Shown piece after piece: positions 12,440-24,957 of a stretch of 64,000 nt of DNA (position 1 is the stretch's first letter; each line of letters starts with the position of its first letter). The notes beneath the pieces were generated by a model, which was given only the letters and a program-made list of their open reading frames with translations, ran no database searches and had not been told where the DNA came from. Origin of the DNA: Octopus sinensis (lineage: Eukaryota); NCBI RefSeq assembly GCF_006345805.1, contig NC_043014.1, forward strand, positions 40,176,001 through 40,240,000. Direction: 5' to 3'. Position numbers and translations under genes: made by a program.

Positions 12440-12796
12440 GTAATATTGTATATACTACATTTATACATCGCCTACAGAATATACAAATTGTAAATTGTAT
12501 TCTCTTTTCAAATAACAGTGTTGACGATGATGATGATTATGATGATGACGTGGTGGTGGTGGTGGTGATAGGGACGATATTTGTGGTGATTGTGGCGGTG
12601 TAGTCGATGACGAGTGTAAAAGAAGTAATGTTTTTGTTGTTGTTGTTGTGTAGTCCCTTGGTCAAAACCACATTACCCATATGATAGGTAAGGGTGGGGT
12701 GATTTGAGGACTACTCGGCTGCAATTTCTAGCAGGCCGAACGGCCACATAGAGGACGGTGGCCATGGTTATTCGTCGTGGTTGTGGTGGTAGTTAG

Positions 12797-13695
12797 GGAT
12801 ATTTTCGGTTTGAACGGCAGTTTTTTCTAGCGGTGTCATATGAAATTGTCACCCATAATTATGACCCTAGTATCGATATATTGCATTTCAATCTGTTTTA
12901 GGGTTACGGTTAGGTTTAGGGTTAGGGTTAGTTAGGCTTAGGGTTAGGGGTGGGGGAAGGGTATCTTTTTTTCTTCACAAATGTAAATAAACCCAATCTG
13001 TTTCTTAAACGAGAGACATATCCATACGGCACAGAATGTTATTTACCTCAATAGACGGTCAGTGATTGGTTGAAATTGCAGAAATTGAAGAAAAAAAACC
13101 CAAATATCTTACAAACTGTAGAATCTTCTCAATAAAGCCAAGAGAAAAAGATGTTTTATAAACACATTCTACCAGTATACGAAGTTTAAAAGTGTTGGCA
13201 ATCTTTCGTCTCTAGTAGACCTTTCCGTCGATTTCCGTAAAAATTTTTTATTTTTTTATATGGGCTTGCGGGAACTTTTGAAGTAATGAGAGCGAAAGAG
13301 ACTAAGAGAAAGCGATTGTATGACGGGGGAAGTTCTTTTGAAGTTACCGTGCATGGGAGCATTGATGGACATGTGTGTGTGCGTGCGTGTGTGTGTGTGT
13401 GTGTTTGATGGGGTGTGGGAGACAGACAGTATGTTGTGTAAGTGAAGTGCTTCTGTTAGTGTGTGTGAAGAGACAGAGAGAGTAATGTGTGAAAGAGAGA
13501 GATAACTGAAATTTTTTACTCGGTGTATGTGTATATGTATGTATATTACTTCAAAAGTTCCCGCAAGCCCATATGTAAAAAAAAAAAAAAATTTACGGAA
13601 ATCGACGGAAAGGTCTACTAGAGACGAAAGATCGCCAAAGTGTTTAGTTACGTGGAAATTATTTTAAGAAACTGCCGGTCGAACAGAAAAGATCC
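12797..13695. mobile_element. MITE M1 interrupted by MITE M2
   Basis: Exact TSD GTAGTTAG (12789-12796 and 13696-13703). Confidence 0.85.
13197..13636. mobile_element. MITE family M2 (~90-bp TIR starting GGCAATCTTTCGTCTCTAGTAG, 8-bp TSD)
   Basis: Exact TSD AAAGTGTT (13189-13196 and 13637-13644). A second, left-truncated copy lies at ~33538-33940. Confidence 0.85.
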
Positions 13696-14319
13696 GTAGT
13701 TAGTAGTAGTAGTAGTGATAGAATCCGTCGGTGGAGTCGTGGTGCGGCGACGGCGGTTATAGTTTTTAGAGGTGGCGGAGAAGGCGGTGGTGTTGACTTT
13801 CGTAGCCATGACATCTCACACCACTCGTCATATTCTCCTGTTTACACAAGCCACAGGTTGTTCATACAAGGACGTCAAACGTAACCGCACTCATAAAAAC
13901 ACACACACGCACACACACACAGAGGCATATAGGCAAACTCTCTCTCATACACACACACATACATTAAATCTAGGTTTAAATTGTCCTAAGATACATAAAT
14001 TGTAACTGTAGCTGATTCATCGACACTCACTATTGTCTATAAATTGCTTCTTACCTTATTAAGCGCTATAACCGGTTTTCTAAACCAGAAATGAACGCCG
14101 TGATTTCTACTTGCATGCTTGTCCATTCAAAAGTTTAAGACGTCTGCTTAAAATATCCATAACTGTGAATGGTGTGAACGGAATGAATAGTTGGTGATAA
14201 TAATTATAGACTGGGTTGTTGCAATGTAATCTAGACAGACTGGAAGACGTGGCTGATTGAAAGTTGAAGTTTTAATACCCTTGATAGCTTGGATGTTGGT
14301 TGATGGCGATGTCCAATGA

Positions 14320-14568
14320 CAGGGCCATAAGAGAAGAGGGCAAGAGAGAGATAGAGAGAGATGGGGGAGAGATGCTGTGGGATGGCAAAAGATTAGAGGG
14401 CCAAAACAAATAGAGAGAGAGAGAGAGTGGGGAGAGAAAGAAGGAAAAAAGAGGAAGAGAGAAAGTTGGAGAAGAAAAGAGGGAAATAAAGAGAGACAGA
14501 GAAAGAGGTAAAGTGGTGAAGCCGTAGTGGGCAAATAGGAAGCAGGGAGAAAGTGAAAGAGGAAAATT

Positions 14569-14602
<34 letters not shown>

Positions 14603-14860
14603 CAGAAGGAGAGAGAGAGAGAGAGAGGGAAAGAAAGAGAGAGAGATGCTATGGGATGGCTACAGAGTAGAGGGGGTGAAAGAAAATGGGGGAGAGTGAA
14701 AGAGGGAGAACAGAAGAGAGAAAGAGAGACGAAGAGGGAGAGAGAAATCGTCTGAAATGGTGTGGCAGCAGAGGGCCAAAAGAAAATCGGGATAGAGTGC
14801 AAGAGAGAGTGAAAGGAAAAGACGAGAGAGGAGGAGGAGAAGGAGAGACAGATGGGTTGT
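14320..14860 (+). repeat. Purine-rich dispersed repeat with GATGCTGTGGGATGGC anchors
   Basis: A related copy at ~23570-24000 has the same anchors and GTGAAGCCG..AGGGAGAAAGTGAAAGAG. Confidence 0.6.
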
Positions 14861-16189
14861 GGGGCAGCAAAACGTCAGAAAACCGGTATATATCCCCCCG
14901 GTATTTGGTAATTCCCCCTCTACGTCGTGTGTTCAAAATCTTGGCATTTTTTGGAGTGGCGAGAGGTCTTTCAGGATCGATACTCTTACTCTTTTACTCT
15001 TTTACTTGTTTCAGTCATTTGACTGCGGCTATGCTGGAGCACCGCCTTTAGTCGATCGAGCAAATCGACCCCAGGACTTATTCTCTGTAAGCCTAGTACT
15101 TATTCTATCGGTCTCTTTTGTCGAACTGCTAAGTTACGGGACGTAAACACACCACCATCGGTTGTCAAGCGATGTTGGGAGGGGGGACAAACACAGACAC
15201 ACAAACATATACACACATACATATATATATATATACGACGGGCTTCTTTCAGTTTCCGTCTACCAAATACACTCACAAGGCTTTGGCCGGTCTGAGGCTA
15301 TAGTAGAAGACACTTGGCCAAGATGCCACGTAGTAGAACAGGAAAATGCATACAAAAGATTATGTCAAATTCGCGAATAAGGAATACGAAATTTTATGAT
15401 AAATATGTACCACTGAGTAAATCTCATGCAGCATCCCTCTAGCGGACACTTAATACAAGGGTGATAATCATTTTTCCATAGTAGTTGGCGGGATTAGAAG
15501 TTTTAATTTGAAGCTAAGGAATAAGGGAAAAAATGCCTAGAGTACACATATTTATTTTTTACCTTTTTGCTTACTTAAAACTAAGTTCTTAAAATTTCTA
15601 GTCAATGATAATCATATATAGTACTATTTCATTCTTTTTAGAAACCATCAGCATCATATAACCTGAGATATATAAATTAAGCATTTCGTAGAGCGAGAAT
15701 TTTCTTATAAATAGAAATTAATTTGCCTGGAGAAAAAAGGGATATGTTTTATGCCAAATAATGGTTTCAAATTTCGGCACAACGCCTGCAACTTTGCGGG
15801 GAATTGATTACATCAACTTCTGTTTCAAATTGGGGAACTTATTTTATCGACGCTGAAAAGGATGAAAGGCAAAGTTGAGTTCGACAGAATTTGAATTGAG
15901 AACGTAAAGCCGCAAGAAAATGCCGCTCTGTATTTTGTCCGACGCGCTCACGTTTTTGCAAGCTGGCCGTGTTTTGCACGCCAGACAATGTCATGTCATA
16001 CAATGTACGCCAAACAATGTCATGACCTTACTTTTCCCCTCCACCTCCTCATCGTTCCACCGAACACCTGCCCTCCATCGTTTCTCTCACTTATTGTCTC
16101 TATTAAAAAATTTTTCGAACTTGAATTACAAAACTTTGTCTAAATTATTCAGAATTTCAGTAATGTCTCCAAATTTTGTAGCCTTAGAG

Positions 16190-16390
16190 CAGTGCTTTTC
16201 AAACTTTTTGCTGGAGCGGAACCCCAAGGAAACATTCCACTGGCTTGAGGAACCCCTGTGCAATAATTTAATAGTCTTATGCACACATATCTGCACAGGA
16301 GAATTAAAAATTACTGCCGATTTTAGCAGTTTCGTAACTTCTTGCGGAACCCCTGGACGGTACTGGCGGAACCCTGGTTGAAAACCACTG
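16190..16390. mobile_element. hAT (Charlie-like) MITE
   Basis: TIR CAGTGCTTTTCAA / TTGAAAACCACTG; TSD CCTTAGAG / CCTTAGAC. Confidence 0.75.
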
Positions 16391-16867
16391 CCTTAGACTA
16401 ATATTTTACATAAAGTGGTAGTGGTGGAGGTGGTGATAGTGGTGGTGGTGGTGATAGTGGTGGTGGTGGCGGTGGTGGTGGTGGATGTGGTTGTGGTGGG
16501 TGCAGTGACGTAACGAGAATGTGTACCGTCTGGGGCAGCTCCCGACTTCGCTAGCCAACCATACCCAAGATCTCAAAAGTGCCGCACCCATAAAAAAACA
16601 TCGATCGAGACGGACTGTCACCTTGACTCTCACTTCTCCTCACCCGCCACTCAAGATACGTTACTGGGTGGGTGGACTGTGGAGATTGAAAAGAGGGTGG
16701 GAAAATTGCCATGTTTAATAAACTGACAATGATTTCCAACTTGTTAAACTTGTAAAACACCAGGATGAAGAATGAAGAAATACAAGGACGCAAACTCTAT
16801 TTCATTTCCCTAACCTTATTAAACAGGACAGACAAGAGAAGGCGGAGCACATGGCTGATATTTTCAC

Positions 16868-17278
16868 TCTCTCTTTACTCTCTTTTACTTGTTTCAGTCA
16901 TTTGACTGCGGCCATGCTGGAGCACCGCCTTTAGTCGAGCAAATCGACCCCGGGACTTATTCTTTTATAAGCCCAGTGCTTATTCTATCGTTATCTTTTG
17001 CCGAACCGCTAAGTAACGAGGACATAAACACACCAGCATCGGTTGTCAAGCGATGTTGGGGGGACAAACACAGACACACAAACATATACACACACATACA
17101 TATATACATATATACGACAGGCTTCTTTCAGTTTCCGTCTTCCAAATCCACTCACAAGGCTTTGGTCGGCCCGAGGCGATAGCAGAAGACACTTGCCCAA
17201 GATGCCACGCAGTGGGACTGAACCCGGAACCACGTGGTTGGTTAGCAAACTACTTACCACACAGCCACTCCTGCGCCT
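16868..17278 (-). mobile_element. SINE family B, full-length copy
   Basis: Matches 8503-8910 end to end. Confidence 0.85.
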
Positions 17279-17874
17279 GGTGGAAGAAGGGGTGGATGGG
17301 TCTTTGGAGTTGAGTTAGTTTTTGATCATTTAAGAGACACTACAGAAAGCGATCGATTAGTTCCTCTAGTTTGTATTGCCAGGCCTGACTCCCTCACCCC
17401 ATACACATGTGTCTTTTATGCAGAGAAGGCACGTGGTTTAGTTGTTAGGGTATTCGGCTTCTGATCATGAGGCCACGAGTTCGATTTCCGTCAGCGCAGC
17501 GCGTTGTATCCTTGGGCAAGACACTTTATTTCATGTTGCTCCAGTTCGTTCGGCTGGCATAAATGAATTGTACTTGTAATTCAAAAGACCAACCATGTCA
17601 CATTCTGTGTCACGCTGAATCTCCCATGAGAACTACATTAAGGGCACGCGTGTCCGTGGAGTGCTCAGTCACTTGCACGTTAATTTCAACGTTAATTTCA
17701 ACACTCATCGTCGTATCCGACGGAGAACCAGGCCATTTTATGCCAATGTAAGAAACAAGAGAAAAAATGCTGACTTTGCTGATATGATGGAGAGTCGAAG
17801 TAAATGATTTAAAAACTTCACTTCTGTATGTTGAGTGTTCAAGTCTCATCTTGTGTCTAAATTTGAAAATAATC

Positions 17875-18290
17875 TGATCTTTTCGGTTTGAACGGCAGTT
17901 TTTTTCTAGCGGTGTCATATGAAACTGTCACCCATAATTATGACCCTAGTATCGATCTATTGCATTTCAATCTGTTTTAGGGTTAGGGGTGGGGGGAAGG
18001 GAATCTTCTTTTCTTCACAAATGTAAAGAACCTAAACTGTTTCTTAAACGAGGGACATATTCATACGGCACAGAATGTTTTTTTTTTACTTCAATAGACG
18101 TCATTGATTGGTTGAACTTGCAGAAATTGAAGAAAAAAAAGAACAAATATCTTACAAACTATAGAATTTTCTCAATAAAGCCAAGAGAAAAAGATGTTTT
18201 ATAAACACATTCTACCAGTATACGAAGTTTAAAATTTTTTAGTTACATGGAAATTATTTTAAAAAACTGCCGTTCAAACCGAAAGGATCC
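17875..18290. mobile_element. MITE M1
   Basis: Exact TSD AAATAATC. Confidence 0.85.
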
Positions 18291-19055
18291 AAATAATCAT
18301 ATATAAGCGATGAGGAAGTATGGAGGGTTACATACACAGGTGCACGCGCACATACATATATATCAAGAGCGAGAGGAGGAAAGGGAGGAGAGAGAGAGAG
18401 AGAGAAAGAGAGAGACAGAACACTAGCAAACAACTGCAAGTATTTTATCGTATTTCTTGTCTTCGAGATGTTCGATATATCGTTTTATTACGTAGATATC
18501 ACGCCATAAATTACGGGAATATATTCGACCCTAATACATAACTAGTACTTACTTTATCGACCCCAGAATGGTGCGGCTCAATTCAATATAATCTTTACTC
18601 TTTTACTATTTTACTTGTTTCAGTCATTTGACTGTGGCCATGCTGGAGCACCGCCTTTAGTCGAGCAAATCGACCTCAGGACTTATTCTTTGTAAGCCCT
18701 AGTACTTATTCTATCGGCCTCTTTTGCCGAACTGCTAAGTTACGGGGACGCAAACACACCAGCATCGGTTGTCAAGCGATGTTGGGGGGGGGACAAACAC
18801 AGACACACAAACATATACACACACATGCATATATATACATGTATACGACGGGCTTCTTTCAGTTTCCGTCTACCAAAATAGAAAAAAAAAAGCACCTTTT
18901 TGATGTAAATAATTTTTGGTGTTAACATGGTCCGATTTGAATTTTTTCTTCTACGGAATGAAGAGCAAGCCTTCTTCTATCATACTTTCAATTTTGGTCA
19001 ACTTGCGCCGCAGGGTCTCGGAGGAGATAGTGTTAGTTGAAGGCTACCAAAACTG

Positions 19056-19106
<51 letters not shown>

Positions 19107-19597
19107 ACTTCAGCTTTAAATATATAGATTAAATATTATTAGGAATTGTATAAAAAAATAAAATACTTTGTGTATTGTACCAGTATAAACAATTTATTGC
19201 ATGTAAATTTGAACAACAAAACCTTATTAATAATCAGGGTCCATATTGCTCTCGAACCCATATGGCCCTTTTACTCATATGGACGCTGGTTGGGAACAGC
19301 TATCCTAGACCAACACACAGACACTCAAAACACTTTGATCTGTCTCTTATCTCTAAACCCAACATATGCCGTACCATCATCACCTTATCACAACTATCCA
19401 CCACACAACTACAATCAATAGAATGCTCTTGTCTTCCGGACTCTGGAGTACTTCTAATTAGTTGACTTTTCAGAAAGCACTGCCAGGTGTATGTTTACTA
19501 TTCCTGGCAGTATACGTATTTCTCCTTGACCCATCAAAAGCAGCAGGCAATTAACTGAAATTAACCTATTATGTTCCCCTTCCACGCCGCACACTTA

Positions 19598-20030
19598 CTT
19601 GTACTTGTACTTGTCGCGACATTCACCCTGGGCGGGTTGAGTCGGCTTCTTCTGGAAGAAGTTTCGTGGGAATATGTGGATTTTACAAGCGGTCCCCAAC
19701 AATCTCGCATATAGAGACATCCTGTTTGCCGCAGATTGTCAGGAGACGCAAGGACAGAACGACCGAGGAGCCGCCGGTTGCCGAAACAAACACTCCGAGA
19801 ATTTTGACCAGAGCCCCATCTGCCGGGTTGTGGCCCTAATACCACTCGGTGTCAGACCAATCCGCCTTGGTTGGCCCTACGAGGAACCGAAGTTCCCGAC
19901 GGCATAGCTCTGACACTACCCGTTGTCAGCGTCCCCACCACGGTGAGGAGGGGATGGACTTTGGGAACACTGAGGAGGGGATAGACTTTGGGAACACTGA
20001 GGAGGGGATGGACTTTGTGGACGCCGCACA
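19598..20030 (-). mobile_element. GC-rich non-autonomous element sharing the RTE 3' tail
   Basis: Ends TCAACCCGCCCAGGGTGAATGTCGCGACAAGTACAAGTAC, like the 11461 LINE; 27-bp tandem repeat at 19944-20020. Confidence 0.55.
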
Positions 20031-20684
20031 CACTACCAAATCTCTCTGCACCAAGTCAGCAGTTCTTTTTAGAAGAATATGGCTTATAACATTTGGGGAA
20101 AATCATCCACCTCAACAAAAATGGACGGCTTTTACTCAGTACTGCAACCCCTGCGAGACCATTATTCAAACTGGGAAGGATGCCCCTGTGTATTGCACAG
20201 CCCTTAATTACTTCCAGCTCTCAGTCTGCGGCCAATCCTTTTGATCCTTTGCATAATTGATCTCAACCAACTTTGCAAAAACTTCCTTTCTTCAACTTCT
20301 CATCTATGATGGTTTTCTAAGCAATACTTCCTCAAGCTTTTGCATGCAACTCTAAATGAATCTACTCCCAAAACTATCCCTTTTCGCTAGACCAAGCTTA
20401 CCACCGCAAATGCATGTACTCTAAGTGCAAAAGCTCCTGCGGTTGTCTACACCGACAAGAGGACTGTAGTCTGATTAACGAATTGCTGGTGTCACGTAAA
20501 ATGCACCCAATATAGAGTGGTTGGCGTTAGGAAGGGAATCCAGGATAGAAACCATGCCAAAACAGACTGTGGGACCTGGTGGGCCTCTGGCCTTGCCAGA
20601 ACCTGTCAACCCATGCCAGTATGGAAAACAGATATTAAATGATGATGATGATGATGACGATGATGATGCAAGAATTGTGTTGGT

Positions 20685-20842
20685 AGGAGTGGCTGTGTGA
20701 TAAGTAGCTTGCTTACCAACCACATGGTCCAGGGTTCAGTCCCACTGCGTGGCACCTTGGGCAAGTGTCTTCTACTATAGCCTCGGGTCGACCAAAGCCT
20801 TGTGAGTGGATTTGGTAGACGGAAACTGAAAGAAGCCCGTCG

Positions 20843-20891
<49 letters not shown>

Positions 20892-21060
20892 TTGTGTGTC
20901 TGTGTTTGTCCCCCCCAACATCGCTTGACAACCGATGCTGGTGTGTTTACATCCCCGTAGCTTAGCGGTTCGGAAAAAGAGACCGATAGAATAAGTACTA
21001 GGCTTACAAAGAATAAGCCCTGGGGTCGATTTGCTCGACTAAAGGCGGTGCTCTAGTATG
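20685..21060 (+). mobile_element. SINE family B copy
   Basis: GGAGTGGCTGTGTG..GGTTCAGTCCCACTGCGTGGCACCTTGGGCAAGTG.. through GGCGGTGCTC. Confidence 0.85.
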
Positions 21061-22032
21061 TTGATTAAGTTTTGTATACGGGTCTAGTTGGTTTGGCTGC
21101 CAGCATTTCAACAATTAAAGTTTATCGAAAATTTTAAAATTTGGAACATTAATGTACTTTTCCAAGCTGAATTGCTGGAATTATTTTACTTTTTCCAGAA
21201 AAATGATTTAAAAAGTTATCGAGGTTTAAAGTTTCATCATTTCCACCCAATCAGGAAACAGAATGTTGTGCGTGATTGTACATTTTGTCGTCAGCATCCT
21301 GAAAATAGCTCGTGTTGTCAATATTTTAGTGAAATAGTACACCCCTTCCCACGTGGGTGTATAGATCCGTATACAAAACTTAATCAACATACTAAATTTG
21401 AAAGCAATTGGAACAAAATTGTAGACAGTGATGAGAACCACAAAGATTCCACAACACACACACACACATATACACGTGTGTGTGTGAATGTATGTATGTA
21501 TGTATGTATGTATGTATGTATGTATGTATGTATGTATGTATGTTTTATAAGGTGTCCTCTTGTATGTCGTTGTCGGCACTGTAATATTCGAGGCGCCGAG
21601 CTGGCAGAAACGTTAGTACACGGGCGAAATGCGTAGCCGTATTTCATCTGCCGTTACGTCCTGAGTTCAAATTCTGTCGAGGTCGACTTTGCCTTTCATC
21701 CTTTCGGGATCGATAAAGTAAGTACCAGTTACGCACTGGGGTCAATGTAATCGACTTCATCCGTTTGTCTATCCTTGTTTGTCCCATCTGTGTGTAGCCC
21801 CTTGTGGGTAGTAAAAAAAAAATTCTTGCCGCCACTATTATGTTGTGACGGTATTCCGAGTCTTATTCTCTTTGACTCGTCTATCGTGCTATGGCTGATA
21901 GCTCCGCAAGACAATGACTTTGAAGTGTCAACCTTGACGTAACTCGAGCCCGTATATATATCACGTAACTGACTGACTGAACCGACTTTATAATGGCTGC
22001 CACGTGGGAAGGGGTGTACTATTTCACTAAAA

Positions 22033-22067
<35 letters not shown>

Positions 22068-22170
22068 TGTTAGTCTGCCTGCACTGCTTGATAACCGGCG
22101 TGGGATTATTTACGTCTCCGAAACTTAGCAGTTCGGCAAAAGAATGTGATCGAACAAGTACCGACATACT

Positions 22171-22419
22171 TGTGGAAAGGTTAAGCTCCCTGCAATCCCT
22201 CAACCTCCAGAGCCATTGAAGAAACTGTTGTCATCAACTGACCAAGATTCCAAGCACTTCCAAAACAAAATTAGACAATACAACGCTGCACTATAGATGA
22301 CATCATTTAGAGCTACAAAAGATTTAACTGAGCCAGGATTCATGCAAACTTTCAAGATCCAAGGTCAAATTTATCATCGAATTGGCTCTCTACTACCTCT
22401 GTCAACTGAATCACCAAAA
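22171..22419 (+). pseudogene. Helitron Rep/helicase N-terminal fragment
   Basis: Translates as CGKVKLPAIPQPPEPLKKLL..SKHFQNKIRQYNAAL*MTSFRA..GFMQTFKIQGQIYHRIGSLLP, the conserved IRxYN..QMTSF..FKIQGQxYHRIGSLLP block; one in-frame stop. Confidence 0.85.
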
Positions 22420-22663
22420 TCGGCCTTTCGTTGTTTATAATCTGTACCTGTTTTTTTGGTTACGAATTAAGCTACTCAAAACGTGTTTTTGAATTACGTG
22501 TATTTACTTTATATACATAGCTTGCTTACCAACCACATGGTTCCGGGTTCAGTCCCACTGCGTGGCATGTTGGGCAAGTGTCTTCTACTATAGCCTCGGG
22601 CCGACCAAAGCCTTGTGAGTGGATTTGGTAGACGGAAACTGAAAGAAGCCCGTCGTATATATG

Positions 22664-22731
<68 letters not shown>

Positions 22732-23029
22732 ATGTTTGTGTGTCCCCCTAGCATTGCTTGACAACCGATGCTGGTGTGTTTACGTCGCCGTCACTTAGCG
22801 GTGGTTCGGCAAAAGAGACCGATAGAATAAGTCCTGGGGTCGATTTGCTCGACTAAAAGGTGGTGCTCCAGCATGGCAGCAGTCAAATGACTGAAACAAG
22901 TAAAAGAGTATATATGAAGTGAAAACTTTCTTTTAACATTTCACTTAACGTCTATGTTCCATGCTGGCATGGGTTTGAGAGTTATTAAAGTAGAAAGTTG
23001 GTATCTCAGCTACTAGCAGGAAGAAAAAC

Positions 23030-23500
23030 ATGATGCCATCAAACAGGTTAAATAACAGATTGACTACACCAAATATAAATGGGTATTATGTGTCGATTTG
23101 AAAATGGTAAGCTTCCTGCTTGCTCAACAAAGAGGCTACACGAAATTCCCATGTTTTTTTTTGTGTGTATGTGGGACAGTAGAGCAAAAGAGGAGCACTG
23201 GAAGAGGAAAGATTGGCCACCCCGAGAGTTGAAGGTCAGTGAAAAGAACGTTATTAGTGCAGCACTAGTTCCGAAAGAAAAAAATCATCTTTCTTCCCTT
23301 GCATATCAAATTGGGATTAATGAAACAGTATGTAAAATCACTCGACAAGGAAAGTAAATATTTTGAGTATATATGTAAATCGTTTCCAGGACTTAACACC
23401 GAAAAACTCAAAGCGGGAGTGTTTGATGGTCCTGATATCAGGAAACCCATTAAGGATGACGAATTTGTTAATTCAATGAATGACTTGGAATTACGCGCTC
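23030..23500 (+). pseudogene. Frameshifted DNA-transposase fragment, probably Chapaev3-type (CMC superfamily)
   Basis: Across frames: CVDLKMVSFLLAQQRGYTKFPCF / CMWDSRAKEEHWKRKDWPPR..KNVI..LVP / LHIKLGLMKQYVKSL..FPGLNTEKLKAGVFDGPDIRK. The family assignment is from recalled motifs. Confidence 0.65.
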
Positions 23501-23961
23501 TGGACGGCAGGCACTCTCGCAATGCAAATGGGGTTAAACTACAATAACAACAAGCGTATGAGACACTGGGCACAAGAAAGGGAGGGAGAGAGAGAGAGAA
23601 GGGGGATATACTGTGGGATGGCAGAAGATTAGAGAGTAAAAAAAATAGGGAGAGAATGAAAAAGGGAGGAAGAAGGAGAGAGAAAAGAGAGGAGAGCGAG
23701 AGAAAGAGAGAAATGCTGTAAAACGGTGAAGCCGAAGAAGGTCAGAAGAAAGTAGGGAGAAAGTGAAAGAGAAAGTGTGAGAGTGAGAGAGAGAGAAAGA
23801 AAGAGAGAGGGAAAGAAAGAGAGAGAGAAAGAAGAAAGAAAGTGAGAGAAAGCGGGAGAGCGGGAAGCAGAGAGAGAGAGATGTTGTGGGATGGTAAAAG
23901 TGTAGAGGACCAAAAGAAATTAGGGGTAAGTGTAAGAGGGAGAAAGGAAGAATAAGCGAGT

Positions 23962-23992
<31 letters not shown>

Positions 23993-24038
23993 CAGTATGT
24001 CTCAGACTGAACTCCAACTGATTTCAGGAAGCAATATA

Positions 24039-24545
24039 CAGATCTGACCAAAAGTCACCCGACAGTAGATCAAAATTCCCTAAATACTTAATATCCAATT
24101 CTGTTGTGTCTGGGGAGAGTCATTTTCTTTTTGTGCCTTATAACGTAGAGTCAAGACTATTGAAACGGTTGCAAGACGCAACGAAAATTTTAGGAGAATA
24201 AGAATAAGAAATAAGTGGAAATTTTACCGGTGAGTGTGTTACATTATAAGGCACAAAAAGAAAATGACTCTCCCCAGACACAACAGAATATGCTTCAACA
24301 CACGAACTCACATAAAGAATCTTGCAAACCAAATCCAAAAAGGAAATTTAATATCCAATGTTATTTATTCATTCAAATTATGAATGCTTAATAATTAAAT
24401 GCTGTGAGTTAAAAATCACCATTTATTATTTTTTTCAGTATTTGTCTATTTATTAGCGAAGTCGCATATAAAATAATTTTTTGTTTTAAATTTGGAACTA
24501 AATGGGGTTTTTGATTTACTGTCAGGTGACTTTTGGCCAACCCTG
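24039..24545. mobile_element. Tc1/mariner-type MITE carrying an internal inverted-repeat insertion
   Basis: TA-flanked TIRs CAGATCTGACCAAAAGTCACC and GGTGACTTTTGGCCAACCCTG. Confidence 0.6.
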
Positions 24546-24589
24546 TATAGTGCTCGGAGGCATGATATATGTAGAACAAGTGTTTATCG

Positions 24590-24747
24590 TATGTCCATTG
24601 TCTGGAAATCTTTCGCCGCATATCTGTGACCTCTTCAGCGACTCTTCCACCCACGTGTTTTCTCCTGTTCTGTTTAGTCCACGTAGATGGAAGAGTCTCT
24701 GAAGAGGTCGCAGATGTGTGACGAAAAATTCCCCGACAATGGACATA
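24590..24747. repeat. Inverted pair (~60-bp arms) of degenerate hammerhead motifs, Penelope-like end
   Basis: Arms 24590-24649 and 24688-24747. Each carries CUGAAGA-G-GUC(G/A)CA..UG(U/C)G(A/G)C-GAAA; the cleavage-site region is imperfect. Confidence 0.6.
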
Positions 24748-24957
24748 AATAAGAACAGTAATCAACCTTTTATCGGATATCCTGAAAGACTGTAAAGTCG
24801 AATCGATTACGATTTCCCGTCAGAATATATGAAAGGCGAAAGTAGACATTGTAAGGTGATGCTATAATTTCTGCCGCTGTCAATGGCCACACTCTCACAT
24901 ATAACAATAAGATGAGACCAGGAGAGTGTCTCTACGTGTATAGGTGTCCCTAAGTTA

